DNA from: Lama guanicoe | Taxonomy: Eukaryota | Assembly: GCA_013239625.1 (NCBI GenBank) | Contig: MU054323.1 | Coordinates: 9,041,220 to 9,105,219, forward strand | DNA length: 64,000 bases | Direction of reading: 5' to 3' | Shown here: piece by piece, positions 1 to 9,150 of the stretch | Numbering within the stretch: the stretch's first letter is position 1 | Layout of the letters: each line of letters opens with the position of its first letter | Made by a program: the position numbers and the translations under genes | The notes under the pieces: generated by a model | Database searches by the model: none | Told to the model about the DNA's origin: nothing | Seen by the model: only the letters and a program-made list of their open reading frames with translations

Positions 1-955
1 CTTCAGTAAGTCTCAGTTTTCTCATCTTCTAAGTCAGAAAATAATTCTTGCCCTCCTTAACTCAAATGAGGATAAATGAAAGCATGCTGCAGCCTGGAAA
101 AGCTCTGTGCAAGGATCCGGTGGTGCTAATTTCATGATTCCAGGTTTTACCAAGGTCTATGCAGGACCTCTTTTTTACCACCCCAGAGGATGCCTTCCAA
201 GCTAGTGTCCATTTCCCAGATCCCAAGGACTGAGTCCAGTTCAGTTTATTGTCCACACCTGGGTCTGCCATTCTGAGGATGGGGAAGGTTTTTGGAGAAA
301 TCTTGGAATCAGTCTGGGAACAAGTCCCAACACGTCACTGTTTGCTTTGTCATCCTGAGTCGATGACCTCATACAAGGAAGGGAGGGAGCAGAAGGAGCT
401 GTTCTCTTCCAGATACCTAAGGAGGCTTCTGACATCTACTGTTTTCCTTGTCATGAGAAGAGCAGGCGCCAGGCTGCGATTTTTAAGGTCTGAGCTAATC
501 CTGGAAGTGAAGGAGAACAGCACCTCCCACAACTGGCCAGACTCTGCTTCTTGGCGAGCTTTCTGGAGCAAAGGCCAGAGGGGGCTGCAGTGGGCACTGG
601 AATCCAGGCTGTTGCCACTGCTCCCTGGAGGGGCTCCAGAATATACAACCTTGTTCCCGGTTCTGACCAGTCTTAGTGCTACTCGGGTGAATGCTAAGGA
701 TTGGCATGTCTCTCAGGGGAAAAGAGCCTGAGACTAAGACAGCTCCTGGATTGGTTCTTGGTCTGGTCCCCATGGGACAGCCAATTAGGGATGGGTTGAC
801 AGAGGCTTCAGTGGCCCCTGTGTCATCTTCATGTACTCCTACATCTTCACACATTCACAGTATTCAATGAATACTTTCTGAGCACCTAGTGTGTACCAAG
901 CCTTTTGGGGTAATGAAGCAGCCATGTGTATCAAAAAGCTGCACAGGACCTTCAG

Positions 956-1450
956 GTCACCTTTTTTTTGTTTTAATTCAAAAGGATTTATTAAAAAACC
1001 AGTAAAACACTACTACATTATGACACTGTCACACTGGGCTTTTAGCACAAGACTTGCTCTACAGTATGGGGCGGGGCATAAAACACAAACTGATTTTGAA
1101 GCATAGCAATTAAGAAAACAATAAAAGCAAATTTCTTTTAATGAAAACTCAGAATTAAACTTCAGAGAGACCCAACATCATACTTCCATTCAGGTGCATG
1201 ATAGAAAAAATTTGGTTTGAACTGCTGTTAGCAGGTGGCAGGAGCCACCTTCAAATGAATCTTCAATTTGGAAAATACTGCCTCACCACCTGTTGGGGAT
1301 AAGTTGTAAATGAATAATTTAGTATGGTTTGCAGCTAGTTTGATGACCACCTCGCCTGGCTACTTTCCCGTAACCACGCTACTGGTCGCCATGATCACCG
1401 TATCCACAGTAGTTGTTGTAACCAGTGTAGTCATACAGAGTCACCTTTTT
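956..1450 (-). pseudogene. HNRNPD: 5'-truncated processed pseudogene (retrocopy) of HNRNPD/AUF1
   Basis: The minus strand of ~1435-1319 translates YDYTGYNNYCGYGDHGDQ*RGYGKVARRGGHQTSCKPY*, matching the hnRNP D C-terminus (YDYTGYNNYYGYGDYSNQQSGYGKVSRRGGHQNSYKPY). It is followed by the recognisable HNRNPD 3'UTR, AATAAA (987-992) and a poly(A) remnant (~962-975). An 11-bp TSD, gtcaccttttt, lies at 956-966 and 1440-1450, and there is an internal TAG at 1379-1381. Confidence 0.93.
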
Positions 1451-2659
1451 ACCCCTGGGATTCCTTCTGTCATTCTTACCCCACCCCTGCTACTACCCTG
1501 GACCTAATTAATGTTTAAATAAATTATTTTGTAAGCCAAACAAATTGCATTTTTAAGATAACCACTTCCAAGATTTTTGTAATCAAATATTTATGTAACT
1601 GCAAATAAGTGCTTCTGACCCGCACGAAATAATAACTAGCATGACTACACTGAGTTAGTGTTCCAGTCAGACAAAAGCAAAGAAATTCAGCAGTTGAGCT
1701 ATCCTGTTTATCCTGGTCGGGCTTTTTAAAATTTAAAGAGTAGCTGGCAGACTACTGGAGGAGTCAGTTCAAGGTTTTAGAGGTAGTGACATAACAGCTG
1801 GGTTTTGAAGGATAAGCAAGAGTTCACAAGCAGAGAGAAAGAGGTCGCTGTAGGCAGAGGGGGGCAGAACCATCCAGGTGCGGGGCCCAGCACCTCCGTC
1901 CCTGGGCTGATTAAGTGGATCAGGCTGTGGCTTGAACTCAGAAATTAGTAGAAGCTGGGGGTTTGCAATGGAGCTAACGAGGGTGGAGACTAGAATTAGG
2001 GATCTTACAGTTGAGTGATTTAGTCTTATCACATCATGGTCCTGGAGAAACTGAGGCAGGAAATCCTGTTGGAGTCCCTTTGGTTCCCAAGAGCAGGAGG
2101 GAAAAAGACAGCAAAGGACAAGCCAAAACTGTGTCCCAGTGCTGGCTAAACCCTGCTTCCCACCCTGGCAGCCCCTCCCCTAAGCTCCAAGAGCAGACCA
2201 TTTTTCTGTGATTTTTTGGCTCATCTTTTAAATGTTCCAGAGTTAGGACAGGCTGTGCCATGGCTGAACAAACCTGTTGAACAAATAAACAGGCAGGCTG
2301 TGGGGCCAGCAAGTCTGTCCTGAGCCTGGACCTCGGCTTCTTCCTTTGACCACGAGAGGTGGGAGCATGGGACTCTTGGGGTCCCTTCCTGCGCTGTGAT
2401 CTAAGCAAACTGCCCACGGAGAGGAAAACTCCAGAGCTGCCAGGTCAGAGGGAGCCTCCTTCCTTTTCACTACATGGTGCAGCTAAGGGCTGGGAAAAGG
2501 GGGATCTTTTCACGGCAAATGCTGAAACCGAAGGGACCCATTTGCTTATTCACTCATCAGATACCAAATGTCTGATCTGTGCTGGGTTTTATGCTGACCC
2601 TTCTCTTAAGGAACATACCAGGAGTTATAAAAGCTCTAGCTGAGGAGAGAAGGTCACAG

Positions 2660-3020
2660 TTCCTGCACACACCAAGTTCTCACCCACCTCAGGGCCTTTG
2701 CTCCTGCTGTTCCCACCATCTAGGCTGCCAAGCCCTCCCTCCTTCTTGTTCTTCAAGCCCAGCTTAAGTGGCATGTCCCCAGTAAGGCTTTCCCTGACCA
2801 CCCTACAAGTGGTAGGCTTCCCCATCTCTCCCCGTCGCTCCTGCCACACTCCATCACCCTCATAGAATTTATGGCAGTTTGTAATTATATGTCTGCCCTT
2901 CATTTAGTCATTTATTTTCCTCCTTTTGACTTGAGTATAAGCTGCCCGAGAGCAAGAATTCTGTTTGTATTTTTCACTTCTGGACCCTTGGCAGCATATA
3001 CTTGTAGAATATGTGAATAA
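2660..3020 (+). mobile_element. L2 LINE 3' fragment
   Basis: Typical L2 3' motifs (tcagggcctttgc..ctgctgttccc; gctttccctgaccaccct; gagagcaagaattctgt). Boundaries approximate. Confidence 0.65.
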
Positions 3021-3269
3021 TACTTTGGCACGTGCCAGATTTTTTACATAGATTCCCTCATTTAGTTCTCTTGACGATCTTAAGGAAAAGGCATTATTTA
3101 CACTTTGGAGTGAAGACAGATGTCCAGAGTGTCTTGCAGTTGGCAGGGATGGGTTTGAACCTCATCTCAAAGTTAGGGCTCTTTCTACTTCACTGCACTG
3201 CAGGCCAAATGACGTGAGGCCCTGTGCCTGGCACTAACGGCTTGCACTTCTTCTTCTTTTTCTTTTTCC

Positions 3270-4150
3270 TTTTTCTTTTGAAATAATTTCAGTTTACCAA
3301 AAAGCTGCAAGATTAGTACAAAGTACGAAGAACTTTATACTCCTCACTCAAGTTCACCAGAGGTGAACATTTTGCTACATTTGTTTTAATATTTCTCCTT
3401 GCATGTGTTTTTACATGCTTATGCACGCATTTTTACATGCTTATACTTTTCTGGACTATTTTAGAGTAAGTTGCAGACATTATGCCTCTTTAACGTTAAA
3501 TATTTCAGTGTGAATTTCTCAAGAACAAGGACATTCTTTTACATAAAATTGAAATCAGGGAATTTAAAGTTGATATAATACTACTATTTAATGTACAATC
3601 CATATTAAAATTTGTCTGATTGTTCCAATAATGTTATGTTTGATGATTTTTCCCCAGTCCAGGAGCCAGTTCAGATCACACATTCTTTTTAATTTTAACT
3701 CCTTTTAATTGTTCTGTATCTTTAGTTTTTAATTTAAAACAGTTCCTTAGCTTTTGTTTTTCTTTTGTGACATCAGTGTTTTTCGAGAATCTAGGCTTGT
3801 CATTTTGTAGAATATCCCTCACCTTGGGTTAGCCTGATGTTCGCTCACGACCAAATTCAGGTTAGGCATTTGTTGGCAGGAATCTCACAGAAGTGATGCT
3901 GTGCATCTCAGTGCATTGTATCAGGAGCCAAAATGATGTCTGTCTCAGTATTGGTGACATTAACTTGCATCACTTGGTTAAGGAGGTATCTGCCAGGTTT
4001 CTCCACTGTAAAGTTATTGTTTTTTTCCCTTTGTAATTAATAAGTAATTTAAGAGGAGATCCTTTAAGCCTGTGAATACTCTGCCCTCATCAAACTTTTC
4101 CATCCATGGATGATTCTTGACTGAATCAATGATTAGTATAATGATTGCAA
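3270..4150 (-). mobile_element. Old L1 (L1MC/L1ME-type) 3'UTR fragment
   Basis: Starts ttttgaaataatttcagtttaccaaaaagctgcaag and contains agtaagttgcagacat and cacttggttaaggaggtatctgccaggtttctccactgtaaagtt, typical of old L1M 3' ends. Confidence 0.75.
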
Positions 4151-4399
4151 AATCAAGATCTTGGTTTTCTGATTTTAAAGCTAGTGTCTATATTTCAGAA
4201 TAATAGCATAGGATGAAAGGGAGGCGGGAGAGCATGAGACATCTGATTCTATAAATAGTTTCTCAAAGGTCTGTTATGGAAGGTGGAAGGTGACTGATAC
4301 TGACTTTTGTTAACCCTACTAAGAAAAAAAAACTGGAGAATCAGACTGGATTTTAAACAATAAAAGCTGTTACTTCCTAATGAAATAGTTATTTCCCCT

Positions 4400-4620
4400 T
4401 ATCCAGCACTTACTAAATCCCAGACTCCTTACCAACTGGTTAGCAAACATGATTTCATTTGGCCCTCATAACCAGTCCATGAATGAGTATTGTTATCTCC
4501 AGTTTATAGTCGAGGAAACTGAAACTCAGAAAGGTTGAGGCATTTGCCTAAAGTCGTACAGCTAGGAAGTGGAAGAGTCTGGATTCCGACTAAGATCTGC
4601 TGGGTTCCAAATCTAACTCT
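4400..4620 (-). mobile_element. MIR SINE
   Basis: MIR core gaggaaactgaaactcagaaaggttgaggcatttgcctaaagtcgtacagctaggaagtgg. Confidence 0.75.
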
Positions 4621-5419
4621 TAGAGGGAAGGCACTCTGGATTGTGTCGTGACATTCAGTCTCAACACACATCCCTGCCAGTACTAGTACCAGTTTTCAAC
4701 AAGTTCCCAGCTTATGTGTGAGATATGCTCCCAAAGTGAATGTTAAGCCCTAGGGCCCGAGTCCTGCAAAGAGGCTGGTGAGGTCTCAGTGCTGAGATCT
4801 TCTGGCCCCGAGCAGCTGGTCCTTGACCCTTAGCAGCCCCCTGGCTGGTGGCCTGAGAGGACCTCCAGCGGTTCTGCTGCCGCCCCCTTCAGCCCAGGTG
4901 GCTGGGCCATCCAGACATTGACTCAACAGTTCCCCTTGCCTGCCCAGCATTGCTGCATCTCCTGTGCTTAGAAAGGCAGGAAACTGAACTCTGGTATTTT
5001 AGAAAGTCTTTCAACAATGAGCTTGATTAAAAGGGGATTTTCCAGTTAACCCTGGAGAATTTCAGTTAACCAATGACTTATTGTATTCTAGTTCTTTGAA
5101 ATGTGGTTATCTATGTTCATTGTGTATTTAGGGTAAATCTCATTAACCAGGCAATTCAATTAAACAGGATTTCCCTAAACAGGGAAATCCTAAAACTACC
5201 ATTTAGTATAAGCCATAGAACTAGAGAATAACCATATTGAAAAGGCTTTGGGGATCATTTAATAGGATTCTTCATTGTTCAGATAAGTAAACTGAGGCCC
5301 AGAGAGGGATGTAACTTACCCAGGGTCACACAGCTCATTACTGACATAACGGTAACTAGGAACTTCTGGTCCAAAGTGCTGTCTGCCACATCAAGAATAA
5401 CTACAGAGCAGGAACTCTT

Positions 5420-5710
5420 TATGCCCAGGGTTACCTGCAGGCTGAATTTAGCCTGCAGCTGTGTTTTGGTCTGCACACTGTTTTAAAAGTTGGGAAGTTT
5501 CCCATAAAAACTCAAATTTGGTGTTTCTTTTGAAAAGCTGGAAAATCTGGCCACACTGGGCCTGATGGCAGTGAAGAGAGCTGAGTAGCAGCAACCCCTC
5601 TGGACTGGGGACATGGGGTTACATCCCACCACTCCCTGTCAGCATACACCTGGCTCACCTCACCCATTTCATGCCCTGCTGGTGCCTATAGGCACTGGAA
5701 TCGGGATTCT
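5420..5710. mobile_element. Ancient non-autonomous DNA transposon (hAT-like MER, family not determined); related copies at ~23385-23600 and ~58990-59230
   Basis: The three loci share motifs such as aaa(t)ccaga..ttct....ttttc..gaaaa...gaa.atctgg.ca.actgggcctg and gctgagtagcag. Confidence 0.5.
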
Positions 5711-5749
5711 CTGCTTTCTGGTGGAGGCCATTTCTTGGTTAATAAAAAA

Positions 5750-6750
5750 GAGGGCTGAAGTGGCCAGACTGAGAAACAGGTGAGACAATGAGGAATCAGA
5801 AGCAGTTGTGTTCAGTGCCAGGGTGCAGTGCCAGAGATGCTGGCTTGTCCGGGGAAAGCTCAGATCAGGGGCTAGAAAGAACTCCAGGAGCTTCTCATTT
5901 AGGTGAAAAATGTGAAAAGCTAAATAGCAATAGGAAAGAGAGCCCTTGGCAAGATAAGATGCACTGGCGAAGTCAATGGAACAAGCAGGATGTACTAAAG
6001 CAGTTCAGATGGTCAAGGAGTTATAGTGGAGGTGGGTCTTGACTCAGAAGTTAACTTATTCTAAAGGATGGAGAGACTATGGGCAGAAAAACCAGCCAGG
6101 AAGCTGCTGCAGCCATCAGAGCTGAGAGCTAGGGTTAGGTGGATGAGGTGGGAAAGGGGAGGAAGGGATAGATGCCAGAGAGACATCCCAAAGCAGGGAT
6201 GGATGGGATTTGGTGCCTGCACGGAGGTGGGAGGAAAGGGAAAGAGTCATAGCTGATGGGGCCCTTGTGTCTGGGTGACCAGGAGAATATCATGCCCCAT
6301 ACAGAGAAGGGAAGCCAGGAAGGAAAGCTGGGTGGGGGAAGATGAACTTTAGATATGTTGAGTTTCAGATAACAACAGGTCTTACTATCATCCAGTGGGC
6401 AGTGTAAACTGGGATTGGAACTCAAGAGAGATCAGAGCTGGTAGCCTAGAGGAGAAAGCTGAAACCAGAATGGATGAGATCCCCTCCCAAAGGGTAGAGG
6501 ACAGCTAACTGAAGGCAATGTGATGAACCCTGGGTAACTGCCACCCTTAAAAAGGCGCAGAGGAGGAAGAGGAGGCAACAACAGAAACAGAGCAGAGGCA
6601 TGAAGAGGACTAAGATGGTGTATCACTGTAGGAGCTTAGGAGAAGCTTAAGAAGAGAGAGCCTCTACAGTGTCAGAAAGCGTGTCCCAGAAGTCAAAGGA
6701 GAGTGGACTGAGAAAAGGTCCCTGAACTGGACAATTAGGGCATCATGCTG
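5750..6750 (-). mobile_element. L2 LINE fragment
   Basis: Degenerate L2 motifs (accagccaggaagctgctgcagccatc; gatatgttgagtttcagata; gaatggatgagatc). Confidence 0.7.
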
Positions 6751-7899
6751 AGAATGCATATTCAGGCCGGCACTCTAGAGACATCCCATAGGGCTGGGAG
6801 AAAGAAAGACATAACCAGAGGGCACCCTAGGGAACATGGAAGGCGGAAGGGAGACATCAATGATGGAGGGCCCCCTTGCAGCACCTGTGGAAAAGGGAGC
6901 TCTGAATCAAGATCAGCCAGATTTCAAAGGCTGATTTCCCATGTCAGCTGCTCTGTATTTGCCTGAGGATGGCCTCTTGACTTCTCACTCATCTTTCTGG
7001 AGATAGCTCTCAACTCTTTCTTATTTAGGGCTCATTTTACCTGTTATTTAAAAAAAAAAATTATTGGGTGCTGTCCACTCTTAGGGGAAACGACAAGGTC
7101 TGAGTGATTCAAAAGAAGTAAACTAGCCCATTCCCTTGACAGAGAAGGTGCCTGTGCTTACAGCACCTTGTTTGGCCCCACAAGGTAAGCTTTATTATCA
7201 GAGTTCCTTTCATGCAAGTGAAGCGGAGGCTCAGGAATGTCAAGGTACCAAAGCTACTGAGTGTTGTATTCAACCCAAGTCTCTCCAAATGCAAGTGCAG
7301 AGTCCTTTCCACTGCCAGGGTCAGGCAGGCCCAGGAAGCCAACCAGGATGGAGACCCAGGGGCACACCCCTACCCCCAGGAAGCACTTTATAATCTGCCC
7401 TCCCTTTGCCCACTTAGGGGTGAAATCTTGCAAATATAGTCACATTGAGTAAATATAATGAGGCCTATCCAGGGGAGGGAAAAAGAAGGGAGTAGTGAGT
7501 CTGACTGGGAGGAAACTGGCAAGAGGAGACGGATCTATGGATACTCAGGGCCTTTGAGTTGGAGCTTTTAACCTGGGGTTTGGGACACCTAAGTTCTCCC
7601 GCACAACCCTGACCTTAGAAGCAGAATTGAAGTGTGTGGGGGTGGGGGTTGCCTGCAGATATTTTCTGGACAGAGGGTGAATAACTTTCATCAGGCTCTC
7701 AAAGGGGCCCTGGTCTCCCCCAAAAGTTGAAAACCACTTACGCGGAAGCATCAGCAGTCCCCTTGGTGGATCTGAGACACACTGGTATAATTTATACCCA
7801 TCCCTGTCATTTTTCTAAATCCTTGCCTAGAAATATATTCTAGCTGGACTCTTTCACCCAGCAGAGGGGGGATGTCCCTCCTAAAAGCCTCTTTTTGGG

Positions 7900-8220
7900 T
7901 AGGCGTGGCTGAGTGAGTCCCTGCAGAAGGGTCGAGTCCCAGTTTCCAGGGGGCGGGAGGGGGAGGCTGCGGGAGCCGGAGCGGATGTCACGGCTTACCT
8001 CAGAGCCCGAATTAGAAGGCTGAAAAAATCACAGCAGGAAATAATGTGGTGCCTAAAATAGAAGCATCAACTGGGAGAGAGGCCGGGGAGTAGGTGGCAT
8101 TTCAGGCTCCCGCCGCGTCCTCCCCAGCGGCTGCCTGACAAGTGCGTCGGAGGCGTGTGGATCTGCAACGCGGCCAGAAAAGGCCAGAATAGGCCAGAAA
8201 GGCCGAGACTGCATTTCTCT
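7900..8220. promoter_or_regulatory. CpG-rich islet / candidate promoter
   Basis: Dense CpGs and GC-box-like motifs (ggggcggg ~7949; cccgccgcg ~8110) in an otherwise CpG-depleted background. Confidence 0.55.
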
Positions 8221-8289
8221 TAGGGAAGGAAAGGTGCCCAGAAAACAATCACTCTCATTGGGGGAGAAGGGGTCCTGCTGCCCTTGTCA

Positions 8290-8545
8290 CTTCCCCCGCT
8301 CCTCCACTGTCCCCCGCAACCTCCCCAACCCCCCTTCCTTCTACCCTCCCCCACTCCCCTCTCCTCCCCCAACGTCCCCTCTTGTCTTCCTCCTCCCTTA
8401 CCCACCTTTGGTCTCTCACCTTCCCCACTGCCTCTGTGCCTCTTCCCAATACCCCTCCCCCACCTCTCCTTCCCCAAAGTCCCCTCCTGCATTGTCACCA
8501 ACACCAGCGCCTCCATTTCTACCCCTCCCACCAGGCCCCGCCTCT
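8290..8545 (-). repeat. C-rich low-complexity tract (G-rich on minus strand)
   Basis: Many C3-C5 runs separated by short spacers. Confidence 0.75.
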
Positions 8546-8974
8546 CTGTTCCAAGCCTCCAGACTGCAAGGCCTTGGTCTCCAGAAAGGAAGCTGCCTGG
8601 AGGCCCTCACTGCCTTCCTAGACAATCGAATCCAAGGTTATTCTAGGAGCAACAGCCCTCAAGGTCAGCCTCCCTCTGCCTAACTGCAGTAACTCCTCCA
8701 CTGGCCCTGACTCTGGCACGGACCCCACCTCTGTGTGACTGCCAGGGCCTGGTGCCTGAGGAAGGACCAGCAGGCACGGATTCCTTCACCTGGACCCTCG
8801 CCTCAGGAGGGATTGAGAGGAAGCAGAAGCTTTGCCTGCAGACCTGGGCTGGCCCTCCTTCCATGGCTGTGTCTGTAGGGAAGACCTTCAGAAAGTTCCC
8901 TGACTGGCTGTGAGGTTTGCCAAGCCACATGCCCACTGAAAGCAAACAGCCATAAAATAGCCCATTCTTATGGA

Positions 8975-9150
8975 GCATTTATGTGTTCATATCAGTTGAC
9001 CTAATCCTCACAATCCCTAAAGTAGGTACTTTTATCATCCCATTTTACAGTTGACGGAGACAGAAAAAGGTAAATTGACTTGGCCATATTCACAGAGCTA
9101 GTGGGGGAAGGGCCAGAATTTGGGCCCAGGTGGTTCTGACTGCAGGTCCT
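8975..9150 (-). mobile_element. MIR SINE
   Basis: aatcctcacaatccctaaagtaggtacttttatcatcccattttacag...cacagagctagtgg. Confidence 0.7.

Noticed and set aside
8220..8683. Several overlapping Pro/Gly-rich ORFs (up to 149 aa)
   Set aside because: Artefact of a C-rich low-complexity tract that lacks stop codons.
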